Assembly (NCBI RefSeq): GCF_001194135.2
Contig: NC_068982.1
Coordinates: 65,636,596-65,700,595, forward strand
Length of the DNA: 64,000 bases
Direction: 5' to 3'
Source of the DNA: Octopus bimaculoides
Lineage: Eukaryota
Position numbers and translations under genes: made by a program. The notes beneath the pieces were generated by a model. It was not told where the DNA came from. It searched no databases and worked only from the letters and a program-made list of their open reading frames with translations. The number at the start of each line of letters is the position of its first letter. The first letter of the stretch is position 1. Shown here in pieces: positions 1 through 13,628 of this stretch.

Positions 1-2035
1 AGCACGGAAGCATGTAATCAGGTATAATTAAAGCATATTGTGTGAGGTTTTACTCTCTCGACCATCAATATTCTCCTTTCGAGGGTCTAGCTGGCGGACA
101 ACGTGTTACCTGTGGAAATATTTAGAATATTTTCACACACACACACACACACACACACACCATCACTACCACCTTCATCAACCTCATCCATCGAAATAGT
201 AACATGCATTCTACACTCTACAGCAGATTAAATTTGTTAGATACACAAAATATAACTTTGACAACCAACACAAAATATAACTTTGACAACCAATCGAGGA
301 AATTCTCTACGTGGTCTTTCTGTGTGCTAAAAATAACAGCCAAACCATACCCCATATTCTTAAAAATAGTCGGACACATTCGATAATGCAGTACTAGATA
401 CACATGTTTAAATACAAAAGACAGAATAGTTACGGCTGGAATGTTTTTAGTTATTGGTTTATTTAATCAGGGATTGTTGATCTAATGTTAAACGTCCACA
501 ATATAGCCTTGAAATTGTGCATGAGTATGCACCCATTCACACATACAAGTTGGTGGGTATGTATGTATGTATGCATGCATGCATGCATGAAACAAAAAGG
601 TGTGTTATTATATTATTCTTGAATGCTTTCTGTATAATTTCATGATCAGCCCCCATCTCAAACCTGGATAAACTATACCTGTTTGAGAACGCCAGCATAT
701 CTATTGTGTTGTGAAGATTGGGTCAGTGGAATAGTATTCAATGGTAATTTTATATGTAGTTGTATTAATTTTAAAGTGTTAAGGTGTGATTTGAGGAAGA
801 TTTGGCTGCTGTTCCTTGTAAGTTGAGCTACTACAAAGAAGCCCACTTGTTGGCTTGTATTTTTGTTTTATTGTATTGATTAGCTTTTTGAGTGAAACTA
901 GTGAGAATGAAGCATAACTCATTTAATCTGTGTGAATCTGATGTATCATTTGTATTCTGATATAATTAAACATCTAAACACCTTCCAAAACAGCAAAGAA
1001 TTTTGGTTGGTCCATTGGCAGAGTATTCTATGAGATCTCTTCAAACACAGTCTGATTTAGCTTTCCAAACTTTGCTACAAACACCACCTAAAATCCAAAC
1101 AAATTAAATCAACCAAATGGATGAAACATATCCAGACACTATGTTTACATATAACAAATTGTGCAGCCTAGACCTAGACGAGGCTGAGGTATGGTGTACT
1201 CAATGAAATGGACTTGTGGATTTCTTCCTGATCAACCGTTGTCATGCTACAAGATCCATTAGAAGAAGACTGAGAATACTCAATCACAATAACTTGTGCT
1301 AATAATTATGGACAGAAAATTCTGGAAATAATTGAAACTAATCATATTCAATTTTCCCAGTTTTGAGTTGTGGTTTGACTTTCTCAAGGGAGTAGCAAAC
1401 TCTTCTTCAAATACACTTCCGACAATTTCAAAATAGTGATGTATTTTTAAGTCCTAAATCATAGGTTAATATATCCTCAAAAATTTGGAAAACCACAACC
1501 AATAATTTGATCAAGCACTGAAATAAATTCAGTCAGAGCCAACTTGCTGAACATCTTATATCAACATATCCAGAGTGCAAGCGCAATGAGTTACTTATTG
1601 GATTACCTGCCTCCATGCCATAGGTCTTTTGAAGCTGATAGTTCTTATGTAATACAACTACTATAGGTTATAAAGTGAAACCATTCCATTAGCTTTTTTT
1701 ACTAATTCAGTTCTCTTTTCATTATGCTAATCTACTGTGTTCAAATAACAATGGAAATTTACTATTACACACTACAGTCAAGAATGACCTGCCAATGACA
1801 ACACATTTCTCTGATCTCTTTAATTATTTTCTTTCTTTTATTTTCCCAAAATATCATAGGGTCATTAAACAAATTATGTATGTTAATTCAATAATTTTCT
1901 TTTTGTTTTCATTCATTGACATCACTTTACATACTTGCAATGCAAATATTTATCTCATTTTGCAAATGTTTATCTCCTTTTGCAAATGTTTATCTCATTT
2001 CAAATTAATTATTATTTTGATATTGTATTTGCCAG

Positions 2036-2179
2036 GGTTTATTAGCATTACTTCGTAAACTGAAATCTCAGCCTGACAAGGAAGTACGATTATTGTTATT
2101 AGGACTTGACAATGCTGGTAAAACTACACTTTTGAAAAAGCTTGCTTCAGAAGATATTAGCCACATAACACCAACTCAG
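2036..2179 (+). CDS. ARL3: ADP-ribosylation factor-like 3, coding exon 2 ([10 protein letters not shown]...GLDNAGKTT...HITPTQ)
   Basis: ccag acceptor and gtaatt donor; 48 codons with P-loop GLDNAGKT; near-identical to the known ARL3 N-terminus. Confidence 0.97.
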
Positions 2180-2937
2180 GTAATTGTTTAGATATTCTGT
2201 TACTGTTACTTAACCTACTGTTTTTATAATCAGAAGTTTCACATTGATTGCATACTTGTTGTGACCATTCTGCCAGTTTAATTATTGCATATTTTTTAAT
2301 GCTTCTGTTTTCTCTCTCATCAGTGCAGTAATTAGTAGCAAATATGAACTATGTTAATGATTATATTTGGTTAAATATAAGTTAAAACCTGGTGATCAGT
2401 GACAAGACCAGTTAATTGTATCAATCTATAGATACAGGCATGATTGTGTAGTAAGAAGTTTGCTCCATAACCACATGGTTTTGGGTTCAGTCCCTCTGCA
2501 TGGCACCTTGGGCATTTATCTTCTACTATAGTCCCAGGCCAACTAAAGCCTTGTGAACAGATTTGATAGAAGAAAGCTGACAGGATAGGATGTTCTTGAG
2601 AAGACCCACCCACCTCAGCAAAACAGTTTTGGAAGCACTGTGTATTATGTGTCCTCTACATACACATTATATTAAGGCACCCCCATCAATGAACCACACT
2701 AATCTCATTGTACAATTTGCTTGTCTCTGCCACCACTGCCAACTGTATCATTGCTGTCCTACCCTATAAACCTGTGCTCACTACTCACTGCATTCCCCTT
2801 TTCCACCCCTCTCTCCCACTCTTCTTTTACACTCTTGTGAACTCCCTCCTCATTCATCTTGTTTGGTCCTATTGTACTACTCCACTTACATTCATCTCCT
2901 TGTACCTTGAGAGTATATCCTGGCACATCTTCACCAC

Positions 2938-2971
<34 letters not shown>

Positions 2972-4294
2972 TATGTATCTTCTCTAGAGCAAGACATCTA
3001 TTTCTGTCTCTCTGTCATAGTTTCTCTCATCGCCTATATATACATAGAGAGAGACAGAGATACGCACACATATATACACAATTTTAATGTCCATTTTGCC
3101 ATGCATGGGTGGGGAGGTAAGGCTTCTCCCACACAGCCTATTTCCACTCAGTGCAGTCTTTTGTCATCCCCTCATATGATGTAACAACTTTATCACTTTT
3201 TCAGAAAATCTTCCCCTTCCACAGGTTCCATTTACCTTGAGTGTGCACCACCTCTTTGTACAATTGTCTGTGTCCATTTGTATCACATGTTCATACCAAT
3301 GCAATCTTCTCTCTTGCACACTACATCTGATTCCTCTTATATTTACTTTTCTCTCAGTTCATTTGTACAGTCTCATTATAGACTTTAGTATTACACATCT
3401 AGCAAAGCATGTCTGCTTCATTTTTTTTTCTAGTTTTCACAAATCCTCTGTGTTCAAGACAATGTCTCACTGCTCTACAACACCATGTTTCATACTTTAT
3501 CATTATAAATCTATCCCTCATTATCAGTGAAAAACCCTTTGTTGCCAGCATAAATATTAGTACCTTGAATTTTCCAATCAGTTCTTATTCTGGCCACAAT
3601 CTTCTCTGAACACTTGCCCCCACTGCAAGTTGGGTAAGTGTTCAGAGAACTAAATAACTGAAGATATCCACTTCTTCTAGAGACTTGTCTAGGCACAGGT
3701 GAGAGAGTCTGCTTTGGATGTGCTTTTAGCAATTATTTCTGCAGTACAACCACTGTGAGCAAAGGCTATTTATGTTTGTTATCCTGCTTGTGAACCCACT
3801 ACACATCCTATGCATTTATAGTTTATTCTTGAAACACTACTTGGAATCTTGCATCCAGTTTTCCTTGCTTGCATGAAGTGGACAGAGATAGAATTTCTAT
3901 GGCTTGATGCCCTTCTTGCTCCCAACCTTTACTTGTTTCCAAGCAAGGTAATATGCTTGAATGACAGTGACACTCTCAACTATCATATGAAATCCTCTCA
4001 TTCAGTTATGTTTGCTCCCATTTCCTGGCAGCTTCTTGTTTCGGGTGCCACCAGAAGGGAATGAATATTATTGTAAAGTGTAAAATTGTGTTTGACCCTC
4101 TGGCTGATAACTGATGAGGAGTTGATGACCTGTGTTTGTTTTCCATTTGTTTGTGCATTTATTGTTTTTTTTAATATATATANNNNNNNNNNNNNNNNNN
4201 NNNNNNNNNNNNNNNNNNNNNNNNNNNNNNNNNNNNNNNNNNNNNNNNNNNNNNNNNNNNNNNNNNNNNNNNNNNNNNNNNNNNNNNNNNNNNN

Positions 4295-5283
4295 ATATAT
4301 TAGTAACAGAGGTGGATGCTCCAAGAGTGCAGCTGTGAGACTAAGAATAGGATGGGGAAAATTCAGAGAGCTCTTACCTCTGCTGATAACAAAGGGCCTC
4401 TCTTTCAGAGTGAAAGGCAGATTGTATGATACTTGTGTGCGAACAGCTATGCTACACAGCAGTGAAACATGGGCTGTGACAACCGAGGACATGCATAGGC
4501 TTAAAAGAAATGAAGCCAGTATGCTTCACTGCATGTACAATGTCAGTGTGCATGTTCAACATAGTGTAGGCATCTTGAGAGAAAAGTTGGGCATAAGAGG
4601 TATCAGATGCGGTATGTAAAAGAGACAACTGTGCTGGTATGATCATGTGATGCATATGGACATGGACAGCTGTGTAAAGAAGTGCCGATCTCTAACTGTG
4701 GAGGGAATCTTTGGTAGAGGTAGACCCAGGAAGACATGGGACAAAGTGGTGAAGCATGATCTTCAAACTTTGAGCCTCATAGAGGCAATGACTAGTGACT
4801 GAGACCTTTGGCAATGTGCTGTACTTGAGAAGACCTGTCAAACCAAGTGAAATCATAGTCATGGCTGATGCTGGTGTCACGTAACTGGAGCATAAAAAGC
4901 ACCTTTTGAGCATTGGGCCACATGGAGGCAAAGTGGCTGATGCTGGTGGCATGTTGAAAAGCTCCTTTTGAGTGTTGGACCTCACAGAGGCAATGACTGA
5001 GACCTTTGGCATTATGTCATGTTTGCGAAGAAGACCCATCAAGCCAAGTAAAATTGCAGTTGTGGAAGATAACTGTCATGCAAATGGCACCCTTGCCAGA
5101 GGCATGTAAAAAGCACCCATTACACTCTTGGAGTGGTTGGTGTTAGGAAGGGCATCCAGCCATAGAAACCATGCCAAATCAGACTGGAGTCTGGTGCAGC
5201 CTTTCAGCTTGCTACCCCTGTTCAAACCATCCAACCCATGCCAACATGGACAACAGACAGTAAATGATGATGATGATGATGAT
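4295..5283 (+). mobile_element. RTE-clade LINE 3' remnant with long 3' UTR and (GAT)n tail
   Basis: GWGKFRELLPLL...GRLYDTCVRTAMLHSSETW post-RT region with stops; paralogous to 53735-55065. Confidence 0.8.
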
Positions 5284-5488
5284 ATATGTAAAACGAGATA
5301 TATTTTATGGTTATCTTATGGCTGTATATTTTCTGTTGAAATATGTTTGCATAGTAGTGAGTGAAAAGTAAATGTTCTGCTATGTCTCTCTCATTTGAAA
5401 TTTACCATAATTAATGTTGATGGTTTTTTTTTTTTTTTTTCATTCTTATGGTTTCTAATAAATCTTTGTTTTACTTATTTTCCTAAAG

Positions 5489-5605
5489 GGCTTTAATATA
5501 AAAACCGTGCAATCAGGAGGTTTCCGCTTGAATGTCTGGGACATTGGTGGGCAGCGAAAGATTCGTCCATACTGGAAGAACTATTTTGAAAATACAGATT
5601 TCTTG
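5489..5605 (+). CDS. ARL3: ARL3 coding exon 3 ([39 protein letters not shown])
   Basis: aaag acceptor, gtattt donor; WDIGGQ G3 motif; phase 0. Confidence 0.97.
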
Positions 5606-5659
5606 GTATTTTTTTATTTTTGTCTTATTTTCTTATATTTGTAAAATATTCATGGATGG

Positions 5660-6262
5660 GTAATGTCAGTGTGTATATATGACAGAGTGTAAGTGATTTG
5701 AGAGGAAAACTGGGTATACAAGGTATCAGATGTAGTGTGCAAGGGAGAAGACTGTGCTAGTCATGTAATGTGTTTGAATGAAGACAGTTGCATCAAGAGG
5801 TGCCTGTCTCTAATTGTAGAGAGAACATGTGGAAGGTGTGGACCCAGGAAGACATGGGATGAAGTGGTGAGAAAGGATCTACAGACATTTGGACTTACAG
5901 AGGGGATGACAGAAGACCTAGACTCCTGGCAGTTCACTGTGCTTGAGAAAATACACCAAGCCAAGTAAAAGCATGGTTGTCCTTGCATACAGGCTTGTCT
6001 CCTGCATCCCTCTCCAGCTGAATATTCCTAAGCTTATGGGTTTGTGTGTGCTGGTGCTATGTAAAAAGCACCTATACTGGTACCATGTAAGCACATCTGT
6101 GCCGGTGCTATGTAATAGCAGTCAGTACAATGGTTGGCATTAGGATGGGTATCTAACTGTAGAGACCATGCCAAAACAGACATGGATCCTGGGCAGCTCT
6201 TCAGCTGGTCAGCTCCTGTGAAACTATCCAACTCATGCCAACATGGAAAATGGACGTTAAAT
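5660..6262 (+). mobile_element. RTE LINE 3' remnant
   Basis: GRPRKTWDEVVRKDL-like coding relic plus the shared UTR ending ggacgttaaa. Confidence 0.7.
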
Positions 6263-8462
6263 ATTTAAAAAATATTTTTACCTTTTATCTTTTACTTGTT
6301 TCAGTCATTGGACTGGGGTAGTTTGGCAGTGAGGATGGGGGCCACACATACACAAATATATAGACTCAGGCATGCACAGCAGGCTTCCACGGAATTTGTT
6401 TACCAAATTCACTCAAACGGTTGTATTCAGCCTAGGGCTATTGTAGAAGATACTTGCCCAAGATGTCACATTGGGACTGAACCTGAAACCACAGGACTGC
6501 AAAGCAAGCTTCTTAACCTCACAGCCATAGTTGCACCTATTTGAATATTTAAAATGCTATCCTTTTCAAAGTTGATTAAAATCAGTGTTTTTATGTCTGC
6601 TTTTCCATAGTGGGATGAATTGGATCTTTTCTGAGGTCAACACTTGTATGCCTTTTCGATCACCAACCTTTCTAGTTACCTCTTATGACTTTTATTAAAC
6701 ATCAACCTTAATCTGAGTCTATCTCTGTGTTAATATTGGCCCCCATTTGTGTCCATCTTTTATAGAGTTATCTTGGTTACATTCTATAAGCATGTAAGGA
6801 AAAAGTGATTCTGTCTTAGAGTGAAGGTCAGATTTATGATATTTATGTACAAAGTGTAATATTGCTTGGTAGTGAAGCATGGGAATTTAATGTGAAAACT
6901 GGAAAGAAATGAAGGAAGCATTGTCTGCTGGTTATGTAATGATAATGTAGATAGTTGATTGAACACAAATGAGCTGAAAGAAAAATTGTGCATCCGAGGA
7001 ATCTGATGCAGTGTGCATCAGGGGAGGCTGCACAGCTATGAATATATGATACATATGAATGGTGGTAGTTTGGTAAAGAAGTGCAAAGTAAAAGGATCCT
7101 GTGAAAGAGGAGGGATGAAGAAGGCATGGGAGGAAGTGGTGAAAACTAATTTTAGAATGTTGAAACTGAAGAAGGGATTACAACAAGTAGAAAGGCATTG
7201 TGTTAAAGATCCATCCAATTCATGGTGATAAAAATCAACCCAATGAAATTTGAACTCTGATTGTAAAAGTATATAAATACTGCCAAGTATTTACTTTTGG
7301 CTCTGTCGATTCTGCCATTTCTTGTGGAAGAAAATGGTTGTTGATTTATACCAAGTCAGTTCTTATCAAGCAAATGATCAAAAAGTATTGCAGCTATGAT
7401 TAGCCTATCTCTTTTCCCAGATATATTGTATCTAAGAACACTATTGGTTTGAAGATGGTAGAGATATGGGGCATTTAGCTATCGTTTCTAGTTGGTTAAA
7501 ATCCATGTAGAGGCACCTTCATTGGTACATAGAAATTGTGTTGTGTAGGTATGATGCTTGTAATTTTTAAGAGAAGAGTACATGGAGATGTATTGTTGAT
7601 ATCTCTGCTGAAGGCTTTTAATAATATGAAGTGTTACCAATTTATAACAACCTTTGAAAATTTAGTGTTGTAAGGAGTTTCCATCTCACCATGGGACCAT
7701 CAAATAATTAGTAAAAGTAATGATTTCTAATATAGCACAAGCCCATAAATTTTAAGGGAGGGTACAGGTGATTAAATCAGTCACTAATGCCTAACATGTA
7801 TTTATTTTATTGGGTTTAGAAGAAGGGAAAGGAAAGTTGCCTAGAACAGGTTTTGAATGCCTAGCATAAAGAGGCATAACTAAATATCACAAGATTTTAG
7901 CTATTTTGTCTGGCTTCCCTCTAATTCTACCATCTACTGCTTTTGTAAAGAATTTTCTTATAAGCCTATCCCACAGTCTCTCTTGCAGCCTATACCCACC
8001 TTTCCTGAACTTTCTTTCACCACACCACTCTCTTCTGTTCACCTTCTTGGACATGTTATTCCTAAATTTACATGATTCAATGCAAACTCATTAGTGCTGG
8101 TATCACAGTAAACTGCTCCTGATACACTTTGTAAGGTAGTTGACAAATAAGCAAAGATAAATGTAGAGTCAAGAGGACTGTGTGGTCTCACTCAGAGCAT
8201 GACAACCTCTCTAGTGCTGGTGTTAAAATAAAATGCACCGAAAACACTCTGAAGTGATTTGTAATGGGAAGAGCACCCAGCTACAGAAACTATGCCAAAA
8301 ATGAAATGTATGAGCAAGATGTCTTAGACGGTAGTAAATTCCAATAAGTGACTAGACCAAGATGACACTTCCAACCAATGCAGGCATGGGAAGTGGCTGT
8401 AAAACAATGAAGGTGGTAACAAAATTTTGTAAACAAACTTTGGAAGTATCGAATGTGTTTTG

Positions 8463-8758
8463 TATTTTACAGATGAAAAAGTAAATTTTGAACGCAGTAT
8501 AGCTATGAAAACAGCAGAAAGATTGGGCATTTTACCCTTATAGCTATTATTGTTTAGCGTTTAATTTGACAGTGATTGTTGTCAGTGGGCTGTTTAGCTT
8601 AATGACAGAGTACTCAGCTGGTATCTGAGGGGGATGGGTTCGAATCCCATAACTGTATGCTGATAATTTTTTCTGTCTTATAAGAGTAAAATACCCAATC
8701 TTTCTGCTGTTTTCACAGCTATACTGCATTCAAAATTTACTTTCTTGTTTGTAAAATG
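8463..8758. mobile_element. Fold-back element with about 80-bp inverted arms enclosing a tRNA-like cloverleaf (8588-8658, +)
   Basis: 8481-8542 versus 8679-8740 differ at 4 of 62 positions as inverted repeats. Confidence 0.8.
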
Positions 8759-9405
8759 AAGGTGGTGGTGGCAGCAGTAATGATAACAACAATAATAATT
8801 TAGACAGGAAGAAGGAACTATGTCCATGGCTTTTGCAGGTTGTCTGAAACTTATGAGATTGCTAGGGTTGATGTCACTTTGAACATCTGAAAGTTGATGT
8901 CTGTGGGGAGAAATATGGATAAGAAAGGAATTCCCAAAGATGTTGTGGAAATGAAGAAATGAGCATAGTGAATAGTGACGGGTATGGTTAAGTGAAATAC
9001 TATTGGTGATGAAATGAGAAGAAATAGGTGGGTCGGGTTGGAGTTAGCTAGTTCTAAGAAACAGAAGCAGTTGTATTCGTTGTATAAAAGACAGAGTCAC
9101 AGACAACACACTCATTCAATCTGTACCAAGCGGTTTCACTCTGCGTACTTCATCTCTGTTACCATAGTAACAGTCCTGATACTTTTTGATCAGACCTTGG
9201 CGAAGAGCAATTCATTTTGACTGTTCCACTTTTGAGGAGAGGAGAAAAGTGAGCTTTTGAGAAGAAGCAAAAGGTGAGCTTTTTTTTTTGTCTATCAGTT
9301 AGATAGTTTAATCAGATTAAAGATTTGATATGCCAAGAAAAAATTTTTAATTTATTCACTCAACACTGTAACAAATAAATATTTCACACATTTTTTCTCT
9401 TTCAG

Positions 9406-9456
9406 ATATATGTTATTGATAGTTCAGACAAAAAACGTTTTGAAGAAACTGGTGAG
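9406..9456 (+). CDS. ARL3: ARL3 coding exon 4 (IYVIDSSDKKRFEETGE)
   Basis: Polypyrimidine tract plus ttcag, gtaagt donor; 17 codons. Confidence 0.96.
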
Positions 9457-10224
9457 GTAAGTTAAAATATCAACAATACATTCACATCAATATTTTGACA
9501 TCTTTCCATCATTGGCATTTCATCTTTTTATCAGGCATAGTGTATCCTTTATCTAGTCTAGAGTGTAAGTTGGAGAAATTTTTCTTCCATTTTTAACTAA
9601 TCAAGTAATTTCATAGATGTAACGGTACAAATTACTGCACATAGTTGCAATAATTTGTGTTGTTTAGTCTCAAAGTCAGCTCTGATCTAGCAAACTTAAT
9701 ACCAAAGCCATTCCAATTGTGACCGTCTCTGGTGCATTTTCTAAATCTGAAGAAGAATCTGGTACTTATTTTATTAGTACCAGAAGAATCTTGTACTTAT
9801 TCTATTTGCCAAACCACTCACTTATGAGGATGTAAACAAACCAACACTGGTTCTCAAGCATGATAGTAGGAACAAACGCAATTACAAAGACACACACACC
9901 TAACAACATACAATGGGCTTCCACACAGATTCCATCTATCAAATTCACTCAGAAAGTATTGGTCAGCCTGGGACTTGAGTAGAAGACACTTGTCCAAGTT
10001 GCCATGAAATGGGACTGAACTCAAAACCTCATGGTTGCAAAATGAGCTTAACCATAAAGGCATCTCTGTGCCTTCACCACATTGAAAATGCTTTAGTTTA
10101 TTTTTCATGGAAAAACCTTAACCATGGCTGAATTATTTCTAGGCATAACTAATGTGATGTGTATGTTTGCAATTTTAAAAGCACACTAGTCTTTTAATGT
10201 TTATGTATATGTGTGAGTGTATGT

Positions 10225-10765
10225 ATACGAGGTTTGATCAAAATGTATGAGGACTAGCACTATAAAAAGAGAACTACAGCACAATTCGGCATTTACTCTC
10301 CTTCCAAGTAATCCCCTTCTGAAGTCACACACTTTATCCAGAGTTGTATCCATTGATGAAAGCACTCTTAGAATTCCTTTTTTGGAACAGTGAGTAGCTG
10401 TATTGTTGTATTCTCTTTGATTTCCTTGAAGTCTTGAAATTTTGCTGAGAGTCTTCCACTGTGAAGACTGATCTTTGGTTTCAAGGTTATAGCCATAGAC
10501 TTACGATTATGACTGTTTTCAAACACTTAACACTATCAAGGAGATTCTGCACAGGTGAAACCTGATCTTCTTTTTGAGACAACCACTCTCTACACACATT
10601 ACTTCCAAGCACTGCTATAAAGAGTAGAAGTGAGTGAGAACATAATAACTTAGTGTGCATGCACAACAGAATTAAAGTTTAATCTGTGCCAAGTGGCTTC
10701 ACTCTGCATACTTTAGCTCTGTTACCATAGTAACAGTCCTAATACTTTTTGATCAAACCATGGCG
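10225..10765. mobile_element. Mariner-derived relic; its right part is also present at about 9135-9250
   Basis: tacgaggtttgatcaaaatgtatgaggact versus agtcctaatactttttgatcaaacc inverted termini. Confidence 0.6.
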
Positions 10766-11361
10766 AAGAGCAAATCATTTCGACTGTTCCACTTTCGAGG
10801 AGAGTTGAAAGACTGAAGAAGCAGAAAGAATGTAACTCAAGACCCAGCAACTTCAGCCTAGACCACCACCTGCCCTGCCATGTGATAAATGCCTGGGGCT
10901 GTTCCATTTCCAACTTGACCTTCTGAGCCATATCAGGTTTAAGCATCATGGGGGCACCAGAAGAACCAAACTCAGACAGGAGTGGTGCTGCTGCCACCAA
11001 TCATGTTAAACCATTAATCTGTATACATTTTTTTCATTCTCTCTTTTTTTTTTTCCTTCTTAATCCTTTCTGTGGAAGAGCATAGGCTCATGATATCAAA
11101 GACGTTTCCATTCTTCCCAAGCACCAAACTAATACACCTGCTTGTTTCTTCTTTGTCTTTTGTTTTCTGTAAATTTGAACTATATATGTGTGTGTGTGTA
11201 AACTTTAAAGTTAATGAAGTCATTTACATAACTTGTTTCATTTTCATTCAGTTATTCACATTATGCTCTGTACCTGCCTAATGCTTTACTCTAAAGCAGA
11301 TGTATACTGAGTTCTAACAACAATACCTAAGTGAAATCATAAAATATTATATTTCTTACAG

Positions 11362-11547
11362 GAGCTGCTTGAATTAATGGAGGAGGAAAAGTTGAATGGT
11401 GTGCCACTGTTAGTGTTTGCCAACAAGCAAGATCTTATGTCTGCAGCAGATGCCTCACAAATAGCGGAAGGTCTCAATTTACATTCTCTTCGAGATCGCA
11501 AATGGCAAATCTGTCCTTGTTCTGCAATGATTGGAGAGGGAATTGAT
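11362..11547 (+). CDS. ARL3: ARL3 coding exon 5 ([11 protein letters not shown]...FANKQDL...[10 protein letters not shown])
   Basis: tacag acceptor, gtaagt donor; NKQD G4 motif; overlaps ORF 11377-11634. Confidence 0.97.
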
Positions 11548-13583
11548 GTAAGTTCTAGTTACTTAGAAATACTGTGTTTGTTTAGGTGTTTTGGTTTGTC
11601 CCCAGTTAATTCAGAACCTGCAAAGATGTTCTAGTCATGACCTTCCCATCCTAATTTCAGATGTAATGTTTTTAGGGCTACAATATCCAATGTGTCCTTC
11701 CAGTTTTTTGTTTTTATTTTAGACAGTTGTGTAAGCCATAAATGTTATACTCTATTTTGTATAAATTTTAAGTCCCATGGCTACTGGAGATAATGTCAGA
11801 CAATTATCATGCTGACAACAGCTGTTGATCTAGAAACGCGTCCACAACTGTCCTCTTATCCCCAAACAATAAAGCCTGTCTTCCTTAATGGCATGTTAGT
11901 TTTGAAGAATACTTGAATCTTGAGATTATATCCCCTTGTCAAGTGGCGTGGCCTGATCTCATTTGCCATTTATGATACATGCTCTAGAGGTGGAGATGAT
12001 TTTAAGAAATCAAGAATTTATGTTGTATGGCCACTCATTTTTGTTTAAATTATTGAGTTGGTGCATAATTATTGCAGCTTTTTTTTCAACAAAAATAATA
12101 ACAACATGTAACAAAAACATCTTTAAATGATTATTCCAGAGCATATTCACCATCTACTTCAATTACTGCTTCCCACTTGCTTGGCAGACGGTCAGACTGT
12201 CATTTAAAGAAGTTTTTTTTAAAATATTGTTATTGTTTTTGTTGGATAAAATTTGTTGAGAAAAAGCTGCAATAATTGTGCACCAACCCAATATGATCTA
12301 ACAGTTTGAGTGATTATTTTGATGCTTCTTTATTTCTTATTTCATTCTTTAACACTTTAATATCATTGGTTTCCTAACCATTATATTTCTTTCTCTTACT
12401 GTTTTGTACTTATTTTTATGTTAATAACTTGGGTGAGATGATATATTTTCTTCATTATTATGCAAGCATGGAAAGACTTTAAAACAATAAAGACCTGCAT
12501 GGGTCAGACAAGACTAAGTTGGAGCAGAATTTTCTATGGCTGGTTCCCTTCCGAACACTAATGCCCTTCAATCTGTCAAACAACTTGGATGTGGTTATGC
12601 AAAGATCTGGAAACAAATGACACCAGTTGAATGAGACCTTTCTTTTACAAAGATTATGTGCCATGTCAAGAAACCTGAGTGTGGTTCCACAGTAAACTGC
12701 AAGCAAATGATATTGTTTGCTTGGAAGGCCATTATTTACAACTGGCAAAAATGTGAAGATGAAGGTCAACATTAACTCACTTACACAAACATGGACTCCC
12801 CCACCTCCACTCCATTATATATATATATATATATATATATATGAAGCATTCAGTAGAAGGGAATATTCAACAAATTTTCAAAAATTGCTTTTTCGTCTTA
12901 ACGATATATCTGAAACCTCATTTTTATCCATGCAAAAAAAAAAAAAAGTTAGAGCTTAATTCACACTCTTTCACATGGAAGGTTGGTAGTAAGCAAGCAA
13001 GAGATGGGCTCAAAGGATTCCAAGTGTTGTAGAGACAAAAGTTGTCTGATAATTAAATTTGTTTGGTATAGACATGTGATGGACATTTATACTGTTTTCT
13101 TTTCCTCTTTCTTTTCTTTGTTATGAAATTAATATCTCCAATATAACCAAAACATTTTACAGTCATATTTATAAGCTAGCTATGAATCAAAAAGATATAA
13201 TAAAAAATTACAATTGTCTTCTTTCAATATATCAACGCTTATTAGACAACAATAGTTCACTTACATACATATTCCAATTAGTAACTTAACAAAAAAAACC
13301 TTGAAACAAACTTTAAACAGCTTTTATGACAGATTTGTAAAATGTTGACTATTCTCTTCCTTTACTGAACACATCATATCTACAATGCACTTTCAGGTTT
13401 TGTCAACAAAATCCACTCACAAGACTTTTAACTGGCCTGGGGCTATAATAGAAGACACTTCCCAAGGTGTCATGCAGTGGAACTGAACTCGAAAACATGT
13501 AGTTGGGAAGCGAACTTCTTAACCATTCATTTAGAAATTTAAGTTGACATTATATTCATGCTGTGATCTGTTTTCTTTTTCAG

Positions 13584-13628
13584 GTTGGTGTATCATGGAT
13601 GTTGAAAAATTTACCGAAAAGGAAATAA
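13584..13628 (+). CDS. ARL3: ARL3 last coding exon (VGVSWMLKNLPKRK-stop)
   Basis: ttttctttttcag acceptor; G-x-x-W-x-x-K-N C-terminal pattern; gives about 181 aa with an upstream Met; AATAAA at 13883, 14098 and 14369. Confidence 0.85.
   Translation, partial: VGVSWMLKNLPKRK

Noticed and set aside
8588-8658. Functional tRNA-Thr(GGT) gene
   Set aside because: Acceptor stem has mismatches including the first pair, and the anticodon is atypical for eukaryotes; kept only as a tRNA-like module
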